Origin: Rhynchobatus australiae
Taxonomy: Eukaryota
Assembly (NCBI GenBank): GCA_034780895.1
Contig: JAUZTB010000072.1
Coordinates: 14,968,508 to 15,032,507 of the forward strand
Reading direction: 5' to 3'
Length of the DNA stretch: 64,000 nucleotides
Made by a program: the position numbers and the translations under genes
Shown here: one piece after another, positions 13,801 to 25,425 of the stretch
Layout: the number at the start of each line of letters is the position of its first letter
Position numbering within the stretch: position 1 is the stretch's first letter
The notes under the pieces: generated by a model
What the model was told of the DNA's origin: nothing
Databases searched by the model: none
What the model saw: the letters and a program-made list of their open reading frames with translations, nothing else

Positions 13801-14614
13801 GGCCCCTCTCGTTTACCTACTTTGCAAAGATGTCTGTCAAATTCNNNNNNNNNNNNNNNNNNNNNNNNNNNNNNNNNNNNNNNNNNNNNNNNNNNNNNNN
13901 NNNNNNNNNNNNNNNNNNNNNNNNNNNNNNNNNNNNNNNNNNNNNNNNNNNNNNNNNNNNNNNNNNNNNNNNNNNNNNNNNNNNNNNNNNNNNNNTAATG
14001 GTAATTTGGATACAATGTGGTTTGTATTGAGTGAATTACAAGGAATTTGAAGCTAATTTAATGACATAAGCAATTTAACTGATACATTGTGCAAAGCTCA
14101 GGCTGGTTAGCAATCTGTGGGAGTGACTAATTCCTGCATTAAACCTAAAGCCATTTGCTGCTTTCCACGGGGGCCCAATGCATGCAATTCAGTGGCAGTC
14201 AAACAACAACAACATTAGAAATTAAATGCATTGTAGTGTCTCGCTGAATGTTGCCAAGAGCAGTAATTAATCATCCTGTGTGAAACTGGGCTGAGTGATA
14301 CTGGATCATGTTGTTGCTCACGTGTTTGTGTAGTTCTAGAGCATCACAAGCCAAGCCCTAATACTAACATTTGAATCTGTTTCACCTCTCCAAATAGTTG
14401 GAGCATTGATTTAGACATTTGCATTTGTTAAATTTGGAACTGTTTCTGGTTAAGTAAATTGCACATTCAATGAAATCTTTGCTAAATTTGCTAATGAAAT
14501 TCCTTTCAGTTTGTGATTACTTTGAGGCTTATTTTGAGGCACTTTCTAGGATTTCACCAAGTAGGTTTGTTCACTAGCAGTTTACTGTAATACAAGTTAT
14601 TGGTCATTTATTTT

Positions 14615-15450
14615 TGAGAATCTGGACATTGCTGACAAAACCAGTATTTATTGTCCATCCCCATTTGCCCTTGAAGGTGGTGAGCCAGCACCTGAATTGT
14701 GTGGTCCTTGGGATTGGGTACTCCTACAGTACTGCTGGTACGAGGAGGGATGGGAGAGGAGGAAATGAAGAGTTCCAGGATTTAGACCCACTAACAATGA
14801 CGAAACAGTGATACATTTTCAAGTTGGGATGGTGTGTGACTTGCAGGGAAATCTTCAGTTGGTGTTTACATGAATCTGAAGCCTTTGGTGTTAGAAGTTG
14901 GTAGTTTGGGAAGTGCTATCAGAGTAGTCCAGGTTAAGTAACTGCAGTGCATTTTGTTGATGGTGGACTCTGCAGCCACTGTGCACCTGTGGTGGAGGGA
15001 ATCGATGTTTAAGATGGAGTAACATCCAAGTCAACTGTTTTGGTCTAGAAGGTGTCGAGCTTTTGTTACTGGAATTGCATTTATCCAGCCGTGCTGAGAG
15101 TCTTTCATCACGTTTCAGACTTGCACTTTGGTGGAAAGGCTTTGGGATGTCGAAAGATGAGAAATTTGCCTCTGGGTACCCAGCTTCCACCTTGCTCTTG
15201 CAGCCATAGTATTTAAGTTGTTGGTCCCCTTGAGTTTCTGGTTGATGGAGACTCCCTCACCTGCCCTCAAAGATGTTGGTGGCGTTAATGGGATTGAATA
15301 TGAAGTGAAGGTAGTTAGACTCTGGAGATGGTTATTGTCTAGCACTTTTGTGGAGTGAATGTTACTTGACAACATTCAGGTATGGGCTGATGAGAGACTA
15401 GGTCTTTCTGCATCCAGGCCTAGACTGTTTCATGTACTGAAGAGTCGTGA
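14615..15450 (-). mobile_element. Non-LTR retrotransposon (CR1/L2 group) 3' part; second copy at ~37550-37865 (-)
   Basis: Minus-strand remnants include LSTSQSLSTKVQV and, in the second copy, AYKAQV (the YKAQVRSxMEY motif). A similar 3' tail occurs on the SINE at ~59770-60100. Confidence 0.6.
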
Positions 15451-16680
15451 ATGCAAATAGTCAACCATTATGTNNNNNNNNNNTATGTAACTGATTATTG
15501 ACTGACTTGAAGTCCTGCCTATTCTAATTCTTGAAGTGGGAAGACAGTTTCTGTTAAGAAACTTTTCAGAAGTTTAATGTTAACTTTTGAGGGGGTGGGG
15601 TCTTCACATGGACCAAACAATGCCAGACTTCAGGTCTTGAATCCCATGACCCAAACAGAGTTTGTCTTTCAGCTGAATTTTTGGAATTTGTAGCTCTGTA
15701 TAACTGTTGGAAGTTCGCCTGCATCTGATGGTTTTTACTTGGTACCTTTTTTCAATGAAGGGATTAGTCTGTATTATATATAGAAAACTGTCAATTAGAT
15801 GCTTCCATTGTTAGTTATGGTTAACAGGATATTCCTTGTACCAAATCGTTAAGAAATTTTTATCAAAAAAACTATAATCTGATGGAAATCTTAATACTTA
15901 ATTTTCAAACTAACTTCTTTCTCAGNNNNNNNNNNNNNNNNNNNNNNNNNNNNNNNNNNNNNNNNNNNNNNNNNNNNNNNNNNNNNNNNNNNNNNNNNNN
16001 NNNNNNNNNNNNNNNNNNNNNNNNNNNNNNNNNNNNNNNNNNNNNNNNNNNNNNNNNNNNNNNNNNNNNNNNNNNNNNNNNNNNNNNNNNNNNNNNNNNA
16101 TAGTAAAAAAAATCCTTTTTGCTTGCAGCAGTAATCAAACCATCAGGCAGTGGTTACATGCTGTAACCATCTGTTTACAATGCATTAGTCTGAGTTTTGC
16201 TGCTTGTGATCTGGCATGTGTAGTTACCTGTACAATAGGCAGACATCTTGTTTTCATAATTTTTATTTAAATAGGATTGACTTATAAAATCTTCAAAGCA
16301 AAGCAGTTTCTCTCAAGGATCATAAAACATCATCTCTGCTTGAACTTTAAAATGGCAGATGACTGCAAAAAGCAAAAAATTTATTACTTGGAGCCAAAAT
16401 ACTCTATGATTGGTATCAATATGTCAGCAGGCTGCATCAGCCATACCTTGTCCAAGTTTCATTACTCGTTCTCAGGAGACTCTCAAACAAAACTCTACCT
16501 ATTTTGTGATGCTTGTGCTTCAAATGATAGAGGCAACATGTAATTTGGGAGCCAGCATCTGGTCAGAACTTCTGCCCCATTATTTAGAATTGGGTCTAGC
16601 ACACGAGTTCTCTTTGTTGCAAACAGAAATCTTACCTGTTGTTGCAGATATTTATAGTTTATTCAATGTGCATCTTTAAG

Positions 16681-16689
16681 TTCCTTGAC
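16681..16689 (+). other. U12-type (minor spliceosome) branch-point sequence of SSU72 intron 2
   Basis: TTCCTTGAC matches the consensus TTCCTTRAC. The branch A is 11 nt from the end of the acceptor AG, and there is no polypyrimidine tract between them. Confidence 0.85.
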
Positions 16690-16699
16690 TTCAGTCCAG

Positions 16700-16839
16700 A
16701 TATACACAGAATGGGATTCTCCATATGTTGGACAGAAACAAGAGGATAAAATCTCGACCAGAGCGCTTCCAGACCTGCAAAGACCAGTTCGATCTGATAG
16801 TGACATGTGAGGAGCGTGTGTACGATCAGGTGCTTGAAG
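16700..16839 (+). CDS. SSU72: SSU72 RNA polymerase II CTD phosphatase, internal coding exon (exon 3 by human numbering)
   Basis: Acceptor CCAG ends at 16699 and donor GTAAAA starts at 16840. The 140 bp translate as YTQNGILHMLDRNKRIKSRPERFQTCKDQFDLIVTCEERVYDQVLE, close to vertebrate SSU72. Exons 1-2 lie upstream of the window. Confidence 0.97.
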
Positions 16840-16930
16840 GTAAAATGGCCATCCCTTCTGTCCGCCACGCCATTGACCTAGCTGCTTGTGAAACGTGGTT
16901 TGCTGATGCCCCCATCTTGTGATTTCCCAG

Positions 16931-17049
16931 ATCTGAATTCAAGAGAACAGGAGACATTCCAGTCAGTGCATGTCATAAACGTGGACATTCAGGATAATCA
17001 TGAAGAAGCCACGATTGGAGCTTTCCTCATTTGTGAACTGTGCCAATGT
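16931..17049 (+). CDS. SSU72: SSU72 coding exon 4
   Basis: TTTCCCAG acceptor and GTAAGT donor at 17050. The 119 bp give (D)LNSREQETFQSVHVINVDIQDNHEEATIGAFLICELCQC, and the phase matches the previous exon (G|AT). Confidence 0.97.
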
Positions 17050-18643
17050 GTAAGTGTTTACACTTTTGTGTATTGGGAGCATGGGGAACGAATGTGAAAG
17101 AGTGCACAGCACAGAAACACATCCCGCGATCAATCCAAATGGGATGGTACTTGTTCCCCAGCCAGATGTATACAGGTGAATTTGTCAGTTTTCTGACTGG
17201 TACAATTTCTTCATAGTGCAATATGAATGTTTGTAAGAATTGTACGTGATTTTCTGTTGATCGAGTAGTGAATGTGGGATGTTCCCTGGTGCAACACATT
17301 GCTTTCTGGTAGGTGCAACTCAGTATGTGCTGCAGCTTGACAAATTTGTCTCTTTTTTTTACCAGAATGATACCGGCCAGTTTTTAAGTTTCTATTCTGA
17401 CTGAGCATCCAACATTAGGATTTTTTGTGTAATACTCCATCTTTGTCACTGTCTACATCTGCAGCTGGAGCCTTACACTCAGTAAAACAATCAAGTGTGA
17501 TCCCTGCCAGCTAGTTCAGGGGAAACCGTTAATGTTTTGGTTCTATTGTTGGTACCAATATGTTGAAGTGCTTCATATGTACAAAAATCAGTTGGAGTTT
17601 AGGCATTTGATTCACTCATTACCCACCTTAACCAGCCTTTCCTGTTCCATGTAACACGAAACTTGTGGCTCGATAGTCTCCAGCAATCTTCAACAAGGCT
17701 GTGAATAGTTTGATTTATAATCACAGCATGGAGATATTAAAACCCCAAATTATTGAAAGAAGTGGAAGTGCTCTGGAATCTGCAACAATTCTAGTCCACT
17801 ATAATGTGCAGGTCTAACCTATTTAGCACCTATTATCCAATCACCCATTTCATTATTATGCTCTGTTGTAACTTCAAAACACAAGAACTCTTGAGTGTAG
17901 CCAATTAAGAGGGCAAAGGGGAGTTCCTGGTTCTCATTGTGCTCACACAGCTGTGGATTTTTTATTTGAAGCTATGTAATTGTGGATGTGTTGGACATGC
18001 TGTTAATAGGAGATCAGTCCACCAGAAAGCAAAGGCTAGAACACAGATCCCAGTTCTAGGATTTCTCATAATCTCAGTAGAACTGAATTCTGGATTTTAG
18101 TGCAAACTGGAAAAATCCCCAGCCCTCAGCTTTGTGGACCCTGGTATCACTGCCACCTTGGCAAAGGTGTGATTGTGCCTGTTCCTTCACAATGGGACAG
18201 TGGCCTGATTCTTTCTGGCCCTGGTTCAATCCCTTCCCACTAACTGAGAAGCTCAGCACTTGGTAGACTGAACCTGCAGAACCTGAACCTGCCTGCCCAA
18301 CCTCTGGCAATTGTGCCTCAGTAACGAACAGCTCCAGAGGAAACTCTGCTGTTTTCATCCATGAATGTTGCATTCTGAAAACCGGTACATAATCTCATTT
18401 TTACTTTAGTTGAATAGATGGTTTGAGCATCTTGGGTACCATGATAAGATGAAGCCCAAGTATTTTTTTTACTGTGATTTGTGTTATCCATTGTTGTTTA
18501 AAATCAGTTGCTGCACTAAATACGTTGGTAACAAATAGCCTGATATTCTTTTACATTGTTTTCTCTGCTTTTTTAATATTTCTGATGGGGAAAGGTGGTG
18601 TTCATGGGGAGGAGAATCCCAACCAGGTGAACAATGGTCAATT

Positions 18644-19030
18644 CTGCAGATGCTGGAAACCTGAAACACAAACAGTAAATGTTGGAGCAATAAATCTGCT
18701 GGAGGAACTCAGCAGGTCGAGCAGCATCTGTGGGTGGAAGGAATTGTCGATGTTTTTGGGTTGAAACCCTGCATCAGGACTGTGAGCGAGGAAGGGAGAG
18801 AGGCTTCCCCTCTCTTATCCTGGCCATCTCCCCTCTCAACTCTGTCCTGGTGCAGGGTGATGACCCGAAATATCATCAGTTCCAACCCCCTCCTCCCTCG
18901 CTCACAAATGTTGCTCCGGATTCCAGCATCTGCGGTCTCTTGTGCCCCCAGCAAAAATGTTGCAAGTCCTCAGGTTCCGGCAGCATCTGTGGAGAGAGAA
19001 GCAGAGTTAACGTTGCCGGGCAATGACCTT
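18644..19030. mobile_element. Penelope-derived repeat: inverted pair plus a third partial copy, each complete arm with a degenerate hammerhead motif
   Basis: Arms 18644-18782 (-) and 18843-18935 (+) are reverse complements. Example: ctgcagatgctggaaacc versus ggattccagcatctgcgg. Confidence 0.75.
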
Positions 19031-19413
19031 GAGAAATCTGACGGGCACTCTGCCCCTGATCCCTCAGGATCCCCCGGCCAGCCGGTACCTTCCTCCTAGT
19101 GTGGGTGTTACTGGGGGAGGCGGGACAAGGGACTGGGTTTGCAACAGAAAAACAGACGAAATTTCCACCAGTGCTGGGAGGAAGGTGGAACGTTTTACTT
19201 AATGTCCGCTCCAGTGACCGACCTGGAACCTGTGCATCTTCCACACTCGCTGCTGCCCTGAGTTCCCAGTGTAACTGTCGACCCTGGGGGAGGTCAGCCG
19301 AGGACCGGGCCTTCGTTGCCACACTAGTGCCTCTCTCTGCCCCCCTCCCCACACCATTCCCCTCCCCCGGCACGATGATGAACGCTGACCTGAGCCGTGT
19401 TTGTCCTGTTTAG

Positions 19414-19515
19414 ATTCAGCGCACCGAGGACATGGAGAATGAAATCGATGAACTGATCCAGGAGCTGGAGGAGAAGAGCGGCCGGACCTTCCTGCACACC
19501 GTCTGCTTCTACTGA
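19414..19515 (+). CDS. SSU72: SSU72 terminal coding exon 5
   Basis: TGTTTAG acceptor. Translates IQRTEDMENEIDELIQELEEKSGRTFLHTVCFY*, with the conserved LHTVCFY C-terminus. Confidence 0.97.
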   Translation: MQRTEDMENEIDELIQELEEKSGRTFLHTVCFY

Positions 19516-19710
19516 GGGGCTGGGCAGGGGAGGGAAGGGCAGGAGAGGGCGCACAGGCCTTCTGCCGCCGCTGCAGTGCTGATCTGTATATAATTTATAG
19601 TCTATTTTAAGTTTGAATCGCTGCTCGGCGCGGGTCCTGTGATGTGTCCGAATGAATCTCTTGTAGAGCGAGTCTGACGATGGCGCAAAGTGTATCCAAC
19701 ATGAAGCTTC

Positions 19711-19716
19711 ATTAAA
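19711..19716 (+). terminator. Probable SSU72 polyadenylation signal (ATTAAA)
   Basis: ATTAAA about 195 nt after the stop codon, followed by a T-rich patch (tctctttatttctc). Confidence 0.6.
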
Positions 19717-20451
19717 AACAAAAACCATGGCCGGACTCCCGTCCCCAGTCTCTCTTTATTTCTCAGGTTTCGCAGCTGAAGACCCGTGGGGGTGGGAGGT
19801 GTGTGAGGAGAGGTGGGGGGGGGGGGTCGCTAAGTCCCCGGGGTCAGGGTTGAAGCGGGAGCTGGGATTGGGCGGGAGACGTGGTGCGGAATACAAATGT
19901 GCAGCGGCATCGTCGCGGCTGCCAGTCGGCGGGGCGACGGTGGCGGAGGCGGCCCCCACCGCGCTGCTGAAGGTCCCTTCCACCCCGGGGGTGGCAGCTT
20001 CACCCCCTCCTCCCTCCTCACACCCCCCCCCCTCTCAAGCCCAACTCCCTCACCAACCCACCCCCCCTCCCGCCCGCCTCTGAATCATTTATCGTCTGTG
20101 GGGCGGATCAATCGTTAAACTGCGGCAGCGAACCCGATGTGGATCGTGTGATGTANNNNNNNNNNNNNNNNNNNNNNNNNNNNNNNNNNNNNNNNNNNNN
20201 NNNNNNNNNNNNNNNNNNNNNNNNNNNNNNNNNNNNNNNNNNNNNNNNNNNNNNNGATCGTGTGAGGGAGCGTGGAGCCGGCTGCTGGTGGAGGGGAGGG
20301 AGGGGAGGGGAGGGAGGGGGGGGGGAAGGGTGGGTGAGTGAGTGTGTGCGGGGGGAGGGAGGGGGCAGAGCGAGGGGGGTGACCGGCCGCGCACTCCCGG
20401 GACAGCTGAGTGCGCCGGAGCCCGCCAGCAGCCAGGAGACACTGCGATTTT

Positions 20452-20508
20452 ATGCTCCCTACCGCCAACACCATGATCTTCATGTTCGTGGGGACGTCGA
20501 TGGTGATG
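20452..20508 (+). CDS. TMEM240: TMEM240 coding exon 1
   Basis: ATG at 20452 gives MLPTANTMIFMFVGTSMVM followed by a GTGAGT donor. Resembles human MSMSANTMIFMILGASVVM. Confidence 0.93.
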
Positions 20509-20516
20509 GTGAGTGA

Positions 20517-20738
<222 letters not shown>

Positions 20739-21551
20739 TAAAGCGAGGCCGGGCCCGGGTCCCCCCTGCCACCCACTCGCTCTCCTCCGCTGTTCCTCCC
20801 CCCCCCCTCACTCTGCAACTTTTCTAACCCCCCCCCCCGCCGCTCCGGAGGGAACGACCCGGCGTCTGTCTGGCCTTGTAGCTCTTGCCCTCCGATCCGG
20901 GCGGTGTTCCCGGTGAACCTCTCCAGCGGACCTCTCTCTCCGAAGACCCCCGCACCCCGTAACGGGGAGGGGACAGCGACCGGGACATCAGGCGGAGATT
21001 CCCGGTGGGTCACAATCCCAGACAAAAGAGGATCGACGGCGGGGAGACGCAGGGGAGTCGGTCCCCGCGGATCTCGGGAGTTCGAGGATGCGGCCCCGCC
21101 GCGAGACGGGGGCGGGTGTGAACGTTCCGACCCCCGGGAGCGGAGAGGAGGGAGAGCCTGGAGCAGCGCGGGGAACGTCGGAAGGCTCGACAGAGAGAGG
21201 CGGATCTCCCGGGGTCCTGGGACAAGGCGGCAGGCGTCCGGTGGAGGAGGGAATGTGCCCTGCCCCTCGATGGACGGACCCTTCCGCCGGCTGGGAGCAG
21301 AGGTGTTGGCTCGGGATGTGTCCGAGTGGGAGCGGCTCACAGTTAATGGGTCAGACCTTCGCACTGGGAGCGCGCGGTTCCCGTCTCCGTATCCCCCCCC
21401 CCGGGTCAGACCCACACACACCGGGAGCACCGTGCACGGTTCCCGTCTCCGNNNNNNNNNNNNNNNNNNNNNNNNNNNNNNNNNNNNNNNNNNNNNNNNN
21501 NNNNNNNNNNNNNNNNNNNNNNNNNNNNNNNNNNNNNNNNNNNNNNNNNNN

Positions 21552-22085
<534 letters not shown>

Positions 22086-22368
22086 CGNNNNNNNNNNNNN
22101 NNNNNNNNNNNNNNNNNNNNNNNNNNNNNNNNNNNNNNNNNNNNNNNNNNNNNNNNNNNNNNNNNNNNNNNNNNNNNNNNNNNNNNNNNNCAGGCCAAGG
22201 GAACAGAACTGATTCAAAAGTTTGGGAGGATGTGACTGCCTTCCTCTGACCTTGTCTGCTTTAGTCGGGTGATTCTGACACTGGGTGCAGGGATATGGTT
22301 CAGTGTTACACTGCATATGCACCCAACTAGGCTTTGTAATTTCTAACTCCTTTCCGAATGGTTAGTGC

Positions 22369-22490
22369 AATTCTGATGCAAAGTCATTAACTGAAATGTT
22401 AACTATTTCTCTACAGATGCTTCCTGTCCTAATGAGTATTTCCAGCACTTTGTTTTCATTTCAGATTTGCAGCATTTTGCTTTTGGAAAA
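22369..22490 (+). mobile_element. Penelope-derived hammerhead-like repeat copy (TMEM240 intron 3); another at ~23128-23240
   Basis: aattCTGATGCaaagtcattaactGAAAtgTTaact followed by the shared acagatgct...gagtatttccagca body. Confidence 0.65.
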
Positions 22491-22949
22491 ATAGAAACAT
22501 CAGACTTTGAGTAGGAACATTTCCCTGGCTTAACTTTTGCACAGAGGGTGATACTTGCAGCTTTTGGATTCGGTTTGCTCCTAGTATTGTGACAAATCTC
22601 CAGCCTTTAGTGTCCCACCATTGTTCCTTCACACACTCCTAGACTTGGTGGAAGTCTAACTCCTGTATCAACCATGTCTCCCTGGTGACCATTCATGTGT
22701 CGGAGTCAAATCATTTGTGGATTCCAGTCTCGCCCCAGTGCCTTGTGCACAGAAGGCTAGGCTGACAGTCTGGAGCAGAGCTGAGTGCGTGCTACATTTT
22801 AGTGGTCTCATTGTTTGGGTTCATCGTTAAATCATTACCTTGGGTAATTTTACCCAAAGGAGTAAACACAGCAATAATTGGTTGGTGATGGTCAGCACAG
22901 ACTCGATGGGCCAAAGAGCCTAGTTCTGTCCTCTGTGACTCTATTTTCA

Positions 22950-23125
22950 GGGACAGCAAGGAAGTTACTCTAGGCCAATCTTTACCCTCAACTGACACCT
23001 TAAAAACCAATTATTTGGTCATTATCACATAGTCATTTGTGGGATCTTGTTGTGTGAATATTGGTTACCTACTTTTCAACAGAGAGCTCTTTAAACATTG
23101 AGGACGGGAAAGGTGTTTTAAAGCA
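22950..23125 (+). mobile_element. Deu-domain SINE (SacSINE1/AmnSINE1-like) fragment
   Basis: ggccaatctttaccctcaac...ggtcattatcaca...tgtgggatcttgttgtgtg resembles the Deu domain. Reverse-oriented copies at ~40030-40300, ~49770-49990 and ~62930-63210. Confidence 0.6.
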
Positions 23126-23319
23126 GCCTTGAACCTGAAACATCCTTTCTGTTTCTCTCCACAGATGCTGCCTGACCTCTGGAGTTCTTTTTTTAAGAGC
23201 ATTTCCTCAGTTCTCACATTTCCAGTATCTGCAGTTTTTAAAAAAAATATATATTTCAAGGTGTTTTAAAGTGTTTGCCTCTCCTCTCTAACCAGCTCTT
23301 TCTCTCCTTTTTATTTCAG

Positions 23320-23464
23320 ATGATTCCTGGTCATGGATCCCGAGGTTANNNNNNNNNNNNNNNNNNNNNNNNNNNACCGGCAATATGAGGAGTCTGCGGG
23401 GAACATGGTACACATCAAACAGAAACTGTATCACAATGGGCACCCGAGCCCTCGACACCTGTAA
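23320..23464 (+). CDS. TMEM240: TMEM240 terminal coding exon 4 (interrupted by N-gap 23349-23375)
   Basis: TTATTTCAG acceptor. Translates (D)DSWSWIPRL, then the gap, then RQYEESAGNMVHIKQKLYHNGHPSPRHL*, which matches the conserved HNGHPSPRHL end. TAA at 23462-23464. Confidence 0.93.
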
Positions 23465-25151
23465 CCTTCAACTGCCAGAAGCTGGGACTGGAAACAAGGA
23501 GCCTGCAGAGACTCCGAATCCTTTTAAAACCAGATCAAAACCACTGCTGCTGATGATGAGATGGCAGTTGCCCTGAGCCAGAGTGACCTGTACATTCTGT
23601 AAATACCCTGGGTTACAGCCCAAAGCAGCTGCTTCTCTGTAATCTTTTCTTATTTTGAGTACTTATACCGAGAGGTGCTTCAAAATGACTCAATGGTAAT
23701 CTGGTTTTAACCTTTTTGCAAACCTTCCCATCACATTAATATTGGTTGTCACTCCCCTCCCTGCCTGTAAACACGGAACTCCCTCCATCCATCAGAAAAC
23801 CAGATTTGGTGCACTTTGATAAACTAATGGGACGTCTGTCTCTTTCAAAAATTACCTTTAAGGCCCACAGTTTGTGGAGGATGTGCAGTCGGCCTAAGTA
23901 ACTGCACCAACCCGGCAGGTGTTGGCCCTGGGACCACTGTGGAACAACAGCCCGAATCAGATGGCGGAGTTAGATGTTTTTTTTCCACTCTGTTGGTTTA
24001 GACCTTGAATGCGTTTGCGAGGCAGACGATGAGAAATATTTTTATTTGAAAATAGAAAGGTTTAGATCTGAAGTGACGCTGGTTTTTAGCGGTAGGAACC
24101 ACCCGTCCGTCACCAGGTAAGGGATTCAAGGCCAAATTCACATCACAGGCCCCTTGCATTGAAGGGATTTAGAACTGTACGATTCTGCAGCTTGTGACCC
24201 AAGGACAAGTGTAAAAATTTAATAGTCTACAGTACTCTGTACAACCCATCATTAAAAATATAAATTCCCATGGCTTCTCCTTTTATTGAAGTTTAATATT
24301 GCAACAGATGGAACAGGAAGTTTTATAAATTTGTAATTTTTTGTGTAGTTAAATGTGATGGCTGTTAAATTGCCTCTTCCTGTCATGCCTTCTCCTTTAA
24401 CCCTCCCCGCATCCTTTCCCCACTGCCTCCACTTTATCCGATGCAGGAATTGTCTCCACACAACCCTGCACCCCCCTTGAACCAGAAGGCTGGTTCAAGT
24501 CTGTGCTGATCCAGTTACCCATGGGTCATTGCTGTTAGACAGGAGATTTAATTACCAGGGGTTGGGATATGTACCTAGTGCAGAAAACTAGGGCAGTCGG
24601 TGGAATTAATTGGTAATACAACAAACTGGGCAGTCCAGTCCATCTGAACAGTAGCATTAGAAACAGCCTTGAAGTGGTCACTTCATAGGAAGATGCAGTA
24701 AATGCCATAACTCTCTGGAAAGCCAGTTGCACAGCTCAATGGTGACGTCTCTTGGGTACCTGGATTCCAACTGGAAGAGGAGATCAGAGAAAGCGAGGGG
24801 TGTGAGCTGTCACAGTGTGTGTTCATCATTGACTCTTCGCAGTAGTGTTGACTTGTTATCTTGTTGAAATGTGTGTGAAATGTGTAAGGGNNNNNNNNNN
24901 NNNNNNNNNNNNNNNNNNNNNNNNNNNNNNNNGGTGAATGTGAAACGTGTCAGCGAAAAAAAAATTAAAGTAATTTCAATGTTAATTTGTGTAAAGATTA
25001 GACTTTTTTTCCCCCCCTGTTGTGTCAGAATTCCACTGAGGCAGATCATAATACCCAAAGAAATTAGTTTGTGAACAAGATGGGAATGGTCAATGTGCTG
25101 CCAGCTCAGCTTGCTAACCAGAGCCCCATTGGCAGAGACATACCTGGATAG

Positions 25152-25425
25152 TGGTGGCAGTGGGATGCACTAGTTAGTGCTGCTGCCTCACAGCCCCTGG
25201 GATCTGGGTTCAATCTGGACCTCCAGTGCTGTCCCTGCGGAATTTGCACATTCTCCCTGTCACCAAGTGGATTTCTTCCAGATGCTCTGGCAAAATTAAT
25301 AAGGAGTTGACGGGCATGTGAAAGAGTAAGTTGTGAGGGTACAAGGGAATAAGGGGTAATGGGACCAGTGGGGTTGGTCTGCTGGGAGCTGGCATGGATC
25401 TGATGGACCATCTTTGTGCTGTCAT
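25152..25425 (+). mobile_element. tRNA-derived V-SINE (HE1-like) with CR1-type tail
   Basis: tRNA-like head (gctgcctcacagc...gggttcaatc), V-domain (ttgcacattctccctgt...gtggatttcttccagatgctc) and tail ggcatggatctgatggacc. Confidence 0.7.

Noticed and set aside
19414-19435. REST/NRSE-like motif (gcaccgaggaca) upstream of neuronal TMEM240; weak half-sites at ~20390 and ~21426
   Set aside because: Too many mismatches or wrong half-site spacing. The first is explained by SSU72 coding sequence.
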